Positions 46,399-55,476 of a stretch of 64,000 bases of DNA are shown here, in pieces. The notes under the pieces were generated by a model that searched no databases, was not told the DNA's origin, and saw only the letters and a program-made list of their open reading frames with translations. The stretch comes from Nanoarchaeota archaeon SCGC AAA011-D5. Its GTDB lineage: Archaea > Nanobdellota > Nanobdellia > Pacearchaeales > GW2011-AR1. Where the stretch lies: positions 70,073 to 134,072 of the forward strand of contig ASMP01000002.1 in NCBI GenBank assembly GCA_000405225.1, written 5' to 3'. The translations under genes and the position numbers were made by a program. Positions within the stretch are counted from its first letter, which is position 1, and each line of letters begins with the position of its first letter.

Positions 46399-46776
46399 AT
46401 GCAACAGGAAAAGGAAAAATTCAGCAAATATGAAATCGCGAGGATTCTTGGAGCAAGGGCCCTTCAGATAGCGATGAATGCCCCTTTGCTGATAAAATTA
46501 AGCAAAGAAGACCTGGAAAAAGTAAAATATGATGCCCTAAAAATAGCTGAAATTGAATTTGAATCGGGAGTTCTTCCAATCTCTGTCAAAAAACCTTTCC
46601 CGGAAAGAAAAGAAGACGTTCTAAGGAGACCAAAGGAGCAGAAGATAAGCGACGAGAAAATCGAGGAAAAAGAAGCTGCAGAAGAAGGGGAGATTGCAAA
46701 ACAGGGAGAAATTATGGGCCTTGTAAACCCGGAGGAAGAAACAGAAGAGGAAGTTGTGGGGGGAGAAAGTGAGTGA
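46399..46776 (+). CDS. rpoK: RNA polymerase subunit K (Rpo6) with acidic tail
   Basis: FSKYEIARILGARALQIAMNAP. Confidence 0.95.
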   Translation: MQQEKEKFSKYEIARILGARALQIAMNAPLLIKLSKEDLEKVKYDALKIAEIEFESGVLPISVKKPFPERKEDVLRRPKEQKISDEKIEEKEAAEEGEIAKQGEIMGLVNPEEETEEEVVGGESE

Positions 46777-46835
46777 ACTCGTCCAAGCGTGGCCGAGTTA
46801 GAGGAAACTCGTCCTAGCTATGCCGAATTAGAGGA
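46776..46835. repeat. REP-like unit, two tandem 30-bp copies
   Basis: AACTCGTCCAAGCGTGGCCGAGTTAGAGGA / AACTCGTCCTAGCTATGCCGAATTAGAGGA. Confidence 0.7.
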
Positions 46836-46901
46836 AGTTGCGGATGAAGGAATCGGGGAAGGGTAGTTTTTTCTTACAGATTAGTTGTTATTATAGAAAG
46901 G

Positions 46902-46925
46902 TAACAAAATAGAAAGATTTATAAA
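46902..46925 (+). promoter_or_regulatory. Shared 24-bp promoter
   Basis: TAACAAAATAGAAAGATTTATAAA, 21 nt upstream of ATG 46947. Confidence 0.8.
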
Positions 46926-46946
46926 GTTGGAATTTCTGGGAAAAAT

Positions 46947-47189
46947 ATGGGAAAAACAGATGTAAGACCAAAATTAACGGATTTAATTCCTTTTTACGGA
47001 TGGACCGATTATGTTGGGAGAACTACATTTGGTACTTGGGAAGAAGTTCCAATAAGAAATCAAATAAAAAGAGGGGTTATCATATTAGCTCAGGTAGCCT
47101 ATAATAGCTATATTGGAGCAGAGATTTTAAATATGTTAGAAGGAAAACCTTCTTTCACATACAAACTTCTTGAAAAGATTCTTAATTAA
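46947..47189 (+). CDS. Hypothetical protein
   Basis: 80-aa ORF with own promoter between rpoK and eno. Confidence 0.6.
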   Translation: MGKTDVRPKLTDLIPFYGWTDYVGRTTFGTWEEVPIRNQIKRGVIILAQVAYNSYIGAEILNMLEGKPSFTYKLLEKILN

Positions 47190-47278
47190 TTCTAGAATCC
47201 TCAAAGACTAGATGTAAGAAATTCTTTAATAATCAAAATCATCAGTAAATTTATATACTGAAATATTTTTTCTAATTA

Positions 47279-48448
47279 ATGGTCGTTATAAAAAGCGTTT
47301 CTGCCAAATCTATTTTTGATTCAAGAAAAGAGAGAACGATCCTTGTTTCCATAATGACAAACGTTGGAGAATTCAGAGCAAGCGCACCAAACGGAAAATC
47401 CAGGGGAAAACACGAACAGAGTCCATATAAGAAAGATTTAAAGGGGGACATAAAAACCCTGAAACAATTCAGCAGATACTTTTCTGAGGACGAGATAGAA
47501 AAATTTTGGGATTTGAGAAGAATAGAGGACATAGTTGAAGGGCATGTCGGGGCAAATACCCTTTTTGCTTTGGAATCAGCTATCTTAAAGGCCCTTGCAA
47601 GGGAAAAGAAAAAAGAAGTCTGGCAGCTGATTAATCCAAACGCAAAAAAATTCCCGAGATTAATCGGAAATTGCATCGGCGGGGGAAAACACTCCAGAGC
47701 TTCTTCAATTACAGGAAAGAAGCCCGATTTTCAGGAATTTTTACTTATACCAAAAGCAAATTCTGTTAAGGATTCTTTTAAGATAAACAAAGAAACAAAA
47801 AAAGAAATTTGGTATGCACTTAAAAAAGGGGATGGAAAATTTCAGGGCAAAAAAAATGATGAGGACGCGTGGCAGACTTCCCTTAATGAAAAAGAAGTTC
47901 TGGATATTTTAAGAAATTTTGGGATTGCTTTAGGGATGGATGTGGCGGCTTCAGGTTTTTACAAAAGAAAGAAATACCATTACCAGAATCCGGTTCTTCA
48001 GAGGACAAAAGAAGAGCAATTTTCCTATATTTCAAACCTGATAAAAAATTTTTCGCTTTTTTATATTGAAGATCCTTTTGAAGAAGAGGATTTTGAGGGC
48101 TTTTCCAGGCTTTTAAAAAAATATCCGAATTTCTTGATAGTGGGAGATGATCTCACCGTCACTAATGGAAAAAGACTTGGGAGAGCTATAGGAGAAAAAA
48201 GCATAAATGCAATAATTGTCAAGCCAAACCAAAACGGTTCTTTGATCCAGGTCATGGACATATGCGGGTCTGCAAAAAAACATGGCATAAAGATTGTTTT
48301 TTCCCACAGGAGCGGAGAAACGATGGAAAACATTCTCGCCGACCTGGCTTTCGGATTTCAGGCTGATTTCTTCAAGTGTGGTATAACGGGAAAGGAACGC
48401 GAGGCGAAAATAAAACGTCTTATAGAGATAGAAAAGAAAATTCGATAA
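47279..48448 (+). CDS. eno: Enolase (short, divergent)
   Basis: DSRKE, GMDVAAS, IEDPF, VGDDLTVTN, VKPNQ, SHRSGET. Confidence 0.92.
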   Translation: MVVIKSVSAKSIFDSRKERTILVSIMTNVGEFRASAPNGKSRGKHEQSPYKKDLKGDIKTLKQFSRYFSEDEIEKFWDLRRIEDIVEGHVGANTLFALESAILKALAREKKKEVWQLINPNAKKFPRLIGNCIGGGKHSRASSITGKKPDFQEFLLIPKANSVKDSFKINKETKKEIWYALKKGDGKFQGKKNDEDAWQTSLNEKEVLDILRNFGIALGMDVAASGFYKRKKYHYQNPVLQRTKEEQFSYISNLIKNFSLFYIEDPFEEEDFEGFSRLLKKYPNFLIVGDDLTVTNGKRLGRAIGEKSINAIIVKPNQNGSLIQVMDICGSAKKHGIKIVFSHRSGETMENILADLAFGFQADFFKCGITGKEREAKIKRLIEIEKKIR

Positions 48449-48523
48449 GTTACTGCTTCGTCCAAGCTTGGTCAAATCAGAGATTGATTGAGATTGAGAA
48501 GAAGATTAGATAATCTTAAAGAA

Positions 48524-49276
48524 TTATTTTTTAGCTATTTTCCAAATAAGTTTAAAATATTCTATGAAACTTTTAGCAATTTCTTTGCTCTTAATGACGA
48601 AAAACATTGGTTCTTCTGAAAAAACTGATATAATTGATGAATTTCCGTAGATGTTAATTGAAACAAAGGATGAAAATGGTATATATTTAACCTCACAAAA
48701 TTTTGATTTTTCTATAAATGGCATAGTGCCCTTTGCATCTTCTCCAAAAATAAATTTTCTTTTTAGCTTTAAATTGTCCTTCTTACCTTCTAATCTTTCA
48801 AAGAAGTTGTATACATATTTTTCGTATTCTTTTGTTGCTCCAATAACATAATTTATTTCTTTAGGATTCTCAATAAGAAACTCTGTTTCTTCATTAAAAA
48901 CAGATATCATACCTTTCATTCCCATATAGATTTCAGCTTGTTGCTTCTCTTTAACAGAATCAAGCCTTTTTGTTAATTTTGGAAGAATTTTCTCTATCTC
49001 ATTTTTTCTTTTTATGATTTCTTTTTCTTGCTCTTCCAATAATTCCATTATTCTTTTTGGATTTGCAGCATTCCAATGTGCAATATTTCTTATTATTATA
49101 TGACTAACCAAACCTTTTTTCTCTAATCTCTTTAAAATTTTATATGTTTTAGATGTAGATACACTCGATTTTTCCACTATAGGTCCTGTAGTAGATTGAC
49201 CTAAATCAAGTAAGGCTAAATATACTTTTGCTTCTCCTCTTGTTAGACCAATTTTCTCTAATATCTCTGGCTCCAT
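48524..49276 (-). CDS. TrmB-family transcriptional regulator
   Basis: IGLTRGEAKVYLALLDLG...KTYKILKRLEKKGLV. Confidence 0.85.
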   Translation of the reverse strand: MEPEILEKIGLTRGEAKVYLALLDLGQSTTGPIVEKSSVSTSKTYKILKRLEKKGLVSHIIIRNIAHWNAANPKRIMELLEEQEKEIIKRKNEIEKILPKLTKRLDSVKEKQQAEIYMGMKGMISVFNEETEFLIENPKEINYVIGATKEYEKYVYNFFERLEGKKDNLKLKRKFIFGEDAKGTMPFIEKSKFCEVKYIPFSSFVSINIYGNSSIISVFSEEPMFFVIKSKEIAKSFIEYFKLIWKIAKK

Positions 49277-49375
49277 GTTATCTTTATCTTTTATTTCTTT
49301 TTAAATCTTTTCTATCTTTGTTCACCCTGGGGGAACATAATATTTATATAGCTGTCATTTTCACATAAAATTATC

Positions 49376-49921
49376 ATGAAATCACTAAAAGGATTAATTA
49401 AGAGAAAGTTTGGAGCAATAGCACTTGCCTCACTCATAGGTTTAAGTGGATGTCAAAGACTACCTCAAAAAAGTGATATTGTTTATGATAAAGAAATAAA
49501 CTGGCAAAGAGTGGTTTATATTAAAGGTAATCATAAGTTTATACCTCCTACTCCAGACCAAATAAGAATATATCAAGATGGCAGGCTGGAAAAAGTTATG
49601 GAAGATTTTGATGGGGATGGTACAATAGTAAATAATAATAGGGATAGTTATACAGAGAGAGTAAATGATAATGCATGGGTTAGATATACACAACTTTATG
49701 TAACAGAACCATATAAACCATATGAATCTTATGATGAAATAGCAACAGGAAAAGAGCCAAAAGTACAATGGGTTTTAGGTCCACAGAGATATTATAGAGG
49801 AAACCAATATAATGAAAAATTACAAAAAGCAGGAGAACTTTATAAAAAGTTAAAGAGTGAAATTCAAAGCAAACTTGAATCAAAAAAAATTCAAAAGTTG
49901 ATTTCTAAAATAAGCTATTAA
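49376..49921 (+). CDS. Putative lipoprotein / secreted protein
   Basis: Basic N-terminus, hydrophobic stretch, LSGC lipobox-like motif. Confidence 0.55.
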   Translation: MKSLKGLIKRKFGAIALASLIGLSGCQRLPQKSDIVYDKEINWQRVVYIKGNHKFIPPTPDQIRIYQDGRLEKVMEDFDGDGTIVNNNRDSYTERVNDNAWVRYTQLYVTEPYKPYESYDEIATGKEPKVQWVLGPQRYYRGNQYNEKLQKAGELYKKLKSEIQSKLESKKIQKLISKISY

Positions 49922-49955
49922 AAACCTTTAAAAACTAAATTCTCTGTGAATTTCT

Positions 49956-50816
49956 ATGCCAAGGAAAAAGAAAGAATCAAAAGAAGATATTGCTGAAGAG
50001 TCGGAAGAACAGCCGGAAGAGGCTGAATCAGAATCTTCGGATGAGAAAATCAAAGAACTTGAGGAAAAAAAGAAAGTTCTTGCAGAAAAGGTGAAGAAAC
50101 TCAAGGAAAAAATTTCTGCTAAAGAGGTAAGCACAGAGGAACTTAAGGAAAAAATCAAAGCTAAAAAAAGAACAGATATGCTTGTTCCTCTAGAGGAGTA
50201 TGTCAAGGCAGGAATTTATCTCGGAACAAGGGTTGTGACACCCAACATGAAGCCTTTTGTTTACAGGAGAAGGGCAGATGGCCTTGCAATCTTTAATACA
50301 GACACTATAGACGAGAAATTAAAAGAAGGGGTGGAATTCTTGTCAAGGTTTGCTCCAGAAGACGTAATTCTTGTCTGCAAAAGGCAGGCAGGATGGCGAG
50401 CTGCAGAAAAGTTTTCCGAATTGACAGGGGTAAAAGCTTTCACAAAAAAGTATCCTGCAGGAATTCTTACCAATAGCCAGCTCCATGATTTTTTTGAAAA
50501 TGAGCTTACTATAATCACAGACCAATGGGTTGACAAAAACGCACTTAACGATACTTTAAATGTCCGTAAGAAAGTTCTCATGATCTGCGACACAAACAAT
50601 TTCTCCCAAGGAGCAGACCAAATAATAATAGGAAACAACAAAAGCCCTAAAAGTCTCGGGCTTATTTTTTATATTTTGGCCAGGGGATATTGCAAGGCCC
50701 GCGGCCTTAACACGGAGAAAATTCCTGATTTGGAGTGGTGGACGGGCGAGGAAGGGGAAACGGTTGAAAAAAGAACTCTGATAAAACCAGAGCCTGTCGC
50801 AGAATTTGGCGTATAA
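49956..50816 (+). CDS. rps2: 30S ribosomal protein uS2 with charged N-terminal extension
   Basis: YVKAGIYLGT, RRRADGL, YPAG, DTNN, GNNKSPKSL. Confidence 0.92.
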   Translation: MPRKKKESKEDIAEESEEQPEEAESESSDEKIKELEEKKKVLAEKVKKLKEKISAKEVSTEELKEKIKAKKRTDMLVPLEEYVKAGIYLGTRVVTPNMKPFVYRRRADGLAIFNTDTIDEKLKEGVEFLSRFAPEDVILVCKRQAGWRAAEKFSELTGVKAFTKKYPAGILTNSQLHDFFENELTIITDQWVDKNALNDTLNVRKKVLMICDTNNFSQGADQIIIGNNKSPKSLGLIFYILARGYCKARGLNTEKIPDLEWWTGEEGETVEKRTLIKPEPVAEFGV

Positions 50817-51174
50817 GATTATGGAGAAAAGAACCAAAAATTATTCAAGAAAAACAAAGCCTAAATTTAAAAAATCCCTGAATATTTTTCTTGGTGTTGT
50901 TATTTTTGTTGCCCTTATAGGCTCTGCATTTGCAATAAGCATTCTTTTTGGTGTTGCCTTCATCATAGCTTTCTCCCTGGCGGTTTATACAGGAGAACTG
51001 AAGAAAAAACCGTGGAAACCAATGGCAATATTCATCGGTGCAGTACTGATAAGGCTTGCCCTTAAGCAATATCTTGACCCTGTCCTTGCATCAAAAACAC
51101 TTCTGGACCTGGCTGTTTCAGCGCTGATATTTTTATCAATACTGATTTTCGGATGGAAAATCAAGAAGAGTTAA
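50806..51174 (+). CDS. Hypothetical membrane protein
   Basis: Four hydrophobic helices; overlaps the rps2 end. Confidence 0.6.
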   Translation: MAYKIMEKRTKNYSRKTKPKFKKSLNIFLGVVIFVALIGSAFAISILFGVAFIIAFSLAVYTGELKKKPWKPMAIFIGAVLIRLALKQYLDPVLASKTLLDLAVSALIFLSILIFGWKIKKS

Positions 51175-51540
51175 GGGAAGAATTTTTTATATGAAATTAT
51201 AAAGTAGTAACAAAAGAGAAAGATTTAAATAGTAGAAGATTAGTAAAAATTTATGGAAAAAAATTTGGTAGATCTTGTTATAATTGGTAATGCTTTTGTT
51301 TTAGGTGGTGCTTTAAGTCAGTTAATGCTTTATGGTCTACACAAAGCAAGACTTTCAGAAAGAGAATTTACAACTGGTAAAGAAGAAACAAGAAAGTATG
51401 TAGAAAGAGTTCAAGAACTAAATAAATCTTCTCTAAGAAGAATAGTTTTTTATGGTGCGAATCTAGCAAATAGAAAATATTTAGAAAGTATTAAATAACA
51501 ATTCATATTCAACGTAAGTTGATTTCATAATTAATTCTTC
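51175..51540 (+). mobile_element. Inverted-repeat-bounded gene cassette, copy 1 (intergenic)
   Basis: Left end 51175-51197 identical to 58628-58650; right end 51503-51540 is 37/38 identical to 59102-59139. Confidence 0.8.
51253..51498 (+). CDS. Cassette cargo: hypothetical protein with N-terminal hydrophobic helix
   Basis: 81 aa; preceded by shared-promoter variant 51208-51231. Confidence 0.6.
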   Translation: MEKNLVDLVIIGNAFVLGGALSQLMLYGLHKARLSEREFTTGKEETRKYVERVQELNKSSLRRIVFYGANLANRKYLESIK

Positions 51541-51576
51541 TTGATTATTTTTATCAAACCTTGAACCACAACCAGC

Positions 51577-51959
51577 TCACTTAACAAACTCAACGTTTTC
51601 AATGTCTTTAAATTGTTTATCTCCAGTAAGGAATTTTGCATTGTTCTTTTTTGCTATAATATATCCTATACAATCAATATAAGATAGTTTTCTTTTTTAT
51701 TTAATAATTTGAATTCATTTGATTTTTTTATTATCTCATCTGAAATTTCCATTATTAGGGGCAGAAGAAAATCATAATGAAAATCGGCTTCTTTTTTACC
51801 TGCAGTACGCAATAAAAAGTAATGCAATTCCATTAAATTCAATTTTGTGGTAATAAAGTGGCCTTTTTTGTATAATTCATAATTCTTATTACGGTTAATT
51901 ATTTCAATTAAAGCATAAGTATCTAAGAAGTATGCCGTTTCTTCAAATGCTGTTTCCAT
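51577..51959 (-). pseudogene. vapC: VapC (PIN) toxin, frameshifted
   Basis: YFLDTYALI N-terminus; LSYIDCIGY..FLTGDKQF C-terminus lies in the -1 frame after an A6 run near 51690; stop at 51577. Confidence 0.85.
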
Positions 51960-52186
51960 TCTTTTTCCTCAAGATCCCATTCTTCTTTTCTCATCTCGTC
52001 TTTAAACTTCTGGGCATCTAATTTTAGATTCTTCAGGGAGCCAAAAATGGAAGAGAGATCTGTCTCTTTAATTATGCTTATAGACACTTTTTCGTTTTCT
52101 TTAAGTCTCTGTCTATCAACGATTTCCTTAGGTAAGATTATTCCCATAGAATTTCCCCATCTCCTTAATCTAACTTGTATTGTCAT
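51923..52186 (-). CDS. vapB: AbrB/MazE-type antitoxin (VapB)
   Basis: LRRWGNSMGIILPKEI. Confidence 0.9.
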   Translation of the reverse strand: MTIQVRLRRWGNSMGIILPKEIVDRQRLKENEKVSISIIKETDLSSIFGSLKNLKLDAQKFKDEMRKEEWDLEEKEWKQHLKKRHTS

Positions 52187-52245
52187 TTTACCTTTAGTGA
52201 TACTTTAATTATACATATGTATAACTTGTTTATAAACCTTCCTAT

Positions 52246-52701
52246 TTAAACCTTCATCCACAGCCACCCGTTTTTCACATAACCTGTTTTTACAAGAACG
52301 TAATTTCCTTTTAGCTTCTTGCCATTAAGTTCAAACTCTATTTTCTTTTCATCTTTGCTCTTTAGCATATAAGTTCCGTTATCCCAGATTTCAACCTTGC
52401 CAGCGCCGTAATTCCCTTCAGGAATTGTGCCTTTGAATTTTGCATATTCTAAAGGATGGTCTTCAACATGGATAGCAAGTCTTTTTTCTGACTTTATGGT
52501 TGGCGGAGGTTTTGGAACAGCCCAGCTCCGAAGAACTCCGGACATTTCCAGGCGAAGGTCGTAATGCAAATGAGAAGCTTGATGTTTGTGAATAACAAAA
52601 ATAGGTTTTCGTGCCGGCGGCGTTCGAGGTAATTTTATTTTTCCTTTTGGTTCAGGGGTTTCAGAGAATTTTCTTTTATTTTTGTAGATTTCTAAGGGCA
52701 T
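52246..52701 (-). CDS. Stand-alone LigD 3'-phosphoesterase (PE) domain
   Basis: FVIHKHQASHLHYDLRLEMSGVLRSWAVPK, VEDHPLEY, WDNG. Confidence 0.92.
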   Translation of the reverse strand: MPLEIYKNKRKFSETPEPKGKIKLPRTPPARKPIFVIHKHQASHLHYDLRLEMSGVLRSWAVPKPPPTIKSEKRLAIHVEDHPLEYAKFKGTIPEGNYGAGKVEIWDNGTYMLKSKDEKKIEFELNGKKLKGNYVLVKTGYVKNGWLWMKV

Positions 52702-52762
52702 ATATTTCTTAAGGAAGAAGTATATAAATAATTAATGTGCAGGTCCTCAAGGTGGACTATTT

Positions 52763-53731
52763 TCAGTTTTCAACGGCTAAGACTTCGCCTGTTTCAGAGT
52801 CTATGATGACGTCTGTCTCGACTCCATTTCTTGAATCGACTATTTCAACAACATACGCTGTTTTTCCAAGTTTCGTTTCAATTGCAACATCTGTGATTTT
52901 TCCTGGAACTTCTTTTAATGCTATTTCCCTGGCTTCAGCCTCTGTTATCTTTGTTTCCAGTTGTCCAAGAAGTTTTTCAGCAGGAGTTGGCTGTGCATTA
53001 TATTCAACACTTATTAGTTCAAGCCTTTCTCCACTTTCAATACTTACTTCCAGAACGGCAAATCCAACTTCGGGGCAATAATACTTGTGCTCCTTGGCGC
53101 TTGAATCTAAATAGCTATAATCATAAGTTTTCAAACAATTGTTTAAGACTTTGTATTTTGTCGTTACTGTTTCTCCTAAAGCGAGAACATCTGCTGCATC
53201 TTCTGCCACGCCTTTATAATATTCCTGCCTATAAGAATCACCAGGAACAGGATTTGCTTTCATGATTATTCCGGGTTTCGCGCCATCGACTCCTACCTCC
53301 CAAGCACCTGCTTTATTTACAATTCTTTTATTCAGTACTTCCATAGTGTCTTCGCCGAAGTACCAGACATTTCCTTCTTTGTCCTGGGCATACCAGTCTT
53401 TTGTGTCCTCGATGAGGTTTCCATCAAGCCAGACACGGTCCCAAACAACAGTTGCTTCCACGCCCATGACTTTTTTGGTTTCTTTCATTACATAGATTTC
53501 TATTCTTTCTTTTCCATCCTGAGTCACTGATTCATAAACCATTTTTTTCCCGGGTGTCAGGGAAAAATATTTGTTATCCACATTTGAGGTAAAATCAGAG
53601 GGGTTGATTGTTGGGTTATAGGTTTCTTCTGTACCTGGTTTTTTTGAATAAAAATAAAAAAGAGAAGCGTTGATTAATAGCAAAGCTAAGACTAATACTG
53701 CGATGAGGTAAATCTTATTCATTTTCTCCAT
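52763..53731 (-). CDS. Secreted/anchored protein with C-terminal PepSY domain
   Basis: N-terminal TM; DWYAQD.EGNVWYFGE domain; ITEAEAREIALKEVPG...YVVEI PepSY. Confidence 0.8.
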   Translation of the reverse strand: MEKMNKIYLIAVLVLALLLINASLFYFYSKKPGTEETYNPTINPSDFTSNVDNKYFSLTPGKKMVYESVTQDGKERIEIYVMKETKKVMGVEATVVWDRVWLDGNLIEDTKDWYAQDKEGNVWYFGEDTMEVLNKRIVNKAGAWEVGVDGAKPGIIMKANPVPGDSYRQEYYKGVAEDAADVLALGETVTTKYKVLNNCLKTYDYSYLDSSAKEHKYYCPEVGFAVLEVSIESGERLELISVEYNAQPTPAEKLLGQLETKITEAEAREIALKEVPGKITDVAIETKLGKTAYVVEIVDSRNGVETDVIIDSETGEVLAVEN

Positions 53732-53944
53732 TTTTTATTGTCCAAGTGAAAGAAAACAGTCAAATTGCCCTATTTATAATTATCTATTGTCTTTATTTTT
53801 TCTTCTGTTTTTAGTGATTCCATAAATTCTAAAGATATTGCCGATAACATCAGAATTTAACGAAGTTGCCGAAACGAAGCGTAGGCAATTTGGGTGATTG
53901 GTGAGCCCCAAAAAATTAGAAGGATTTTATAAATTCTATGAAAT

Positions 53945-54892
53945 CTAGTGTCTTTTATGACCATGCACTTTCTTTATTACAACTAGAGTCAAGTCATCTT
54001 CTAGCGGACAAAAGGAGTATAATTCCCTTTTTATTGCTTCACATATCTCTTTTGCAGGTTCGTCTTTGGTCTCTCTTAATATATTTTCAAGTTTTGTGTC
54101 TCTGAATCGTGATGTCCCATCATTGTGTTCTGTCAGACCGTCTGTATAGAGGAGCATTATGTCGCCATGCCCCAAGAGGTGTATTTCATTAACATCGAAT
54201 CCTCCGTTTGTATTGTTTAGTGGGTCGAAATGTTCTGTGTTTATGCTGAATTTTCCAGGAAGGACCCCTAGCGGCGTTGACGCTTTTGTACGATCGCTGC
54301 AGAGCATCTGGATTTTATTGAATTCATTTGAAAAAATAATTGGCTGAGGATGACCTGCTGAAAGAAACCTGAAGCGTCCGTCGCCATGGATCTCTCCGTA
54401 AAGCAGGGTTGTGTACGGCTTAACCTGCAGATAATCGGGCTGCATATGTGTATAAAGATCTGAGTTAACTATTTCAAAAAGTTCTTGAGTAATCTCTCCG
54501 TTGTGATTAAGTTCATATATAATCCCTGTTTTGAACGCTCCATGCAGGTAGTTGACTATAACATTGCTCCCAATCATATGCCCTGCGACATCTGCAATCA
54601 GTATGCCGAAGCCGTCGAGATTTTTTTTTAGCCTTTCTGTCAGCACAGTATTGCCGGATTTTGTTGCCTCTGCTATTTTTTGTTTCAGTTTGTATTCCCT
54701 GAAGTTTACCAAGATAACATGATCACCGCCGATGCATCCCCTTAAAGGCTCTATGGACACGTGATAGTCTATTCCAGGAAGCCTCGGATAATTTCTTGGT
54801 AACACGAGAGATCCGACTTCCTGAAAGTGTAGCAACTCATCAACCAGTTCATCCTTTGGCCATTCCCTGATAGGTTTTATTGTATGTTTCAT
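53945..54892 (-). CDS. PP2C/SpoIIE-family Ser/Thr phosphatase
   Basis: IGGD, IADVAGH, SAGH, LYTDGL, EDDLT; ATG 54892 preferred (ORF track 54949). Confidence 0.88.
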   Translation of the reverse strand: MKHTIKPIREWPKDELVDELLHFQEVGSLVLPRNYPRLPGIDYHVSIEPLRGCIGGDHVILVNFREYKLKQKIAEATKSGNTVLTERLKKNLDGFGILIADVAGHMIGSNVIVNYLHGAFKTGIIYELNHNGEITQELFEIVNSDLYTHMQPDYLQVKPYTTLLYGEIHGDGRFRFLSAGHPQPIIFSNEFNKIQMLCSDRTKASTPLGVLPGKFSINTEHFDPLNNTNGGFDVNEIHLLGHGDIMLLYTDGLTEHNDGTSRFRDTKLENILRETKDEPAKEICEAIKRELYSFCPLEDDLTLVVIKKVHGHKRH

Positions 54893-55006
54893 AATGATAT
54901 ATCCAGAAACTTGCCACAAATTTATACAAGCGATAAGTCGCGAATACAAAAATTGTAGACGCTGCCATGACTAGAAAGCATCAAAAGAGCTTTTTGATTT
55001 ATAAGA

Positions 55007-55108
55007 TTATTTGCTTTTTCTTGGTCTTCCTCTTCCCTTTTTCTGCGGCTCTTTCTTATCTTCGTCTTTTTCGTCTAATTCTTCTTTCATTTCCTGTTCT
55101 GATTCCAT
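55007..55108 (-). CDS. 33-aa AT-hook microprotein (not in ORF track)
   Basis: MESEQEMKEELDEKDEDKKEPQKKGRGRPRKSK; TTTAAA promoter-like box ~25 nt upstream. Confidence 0.55.
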   Translation of the reverse strand: MESEQEMKEELDEKDEDKKEPQKKGRGRPRKSK

Positions 55109-55476
55109 AAATTTTTCATGAATGTTTGATTTAAAAAACTTGCGCAAATCGACGAAACATTTATAAACAAAAAGATTTCTTATTCCTTGTTAACTAAGAT
55201 GAGTGCCTTAAAAATGTGCATATTTCACGTCAAAATCAAAGACGTTAATAGCATTAAGGTATGAAGTATGTAGAAGCAGTCACTTAGTTGTATTCTTATA
55301 AATCTCAATAAACGAGTTAAATTTAGGCTAAAGCCAATAGGAGGATTGAGTGAAGTGTTCGTTTCTTACCAAAAATAACGAATGCGCGGAGATTTTCTTG
55401 CTTATTTTGCCGTCGGAAACGGCGAGTTAAATGAGTGAGCAATATTTATCTAATTAAATAAAAATCTATGAAGTTA

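Noticed and set aside
47279-48448. Enolase as a degenerate pseudo-enzyme
   Set aside because: Short, but the metal-binding and catalytic motifs (DE, D, EDP, GDD, K, HRS) are retained.
53863-53890. Hairpin GTTGCC..GGCAAT containing AAGCGTAG as another REP copy
   Set aside because: Only an 8-nt core matches the REP-like unit and the stem differs; it may simply be a terminator.
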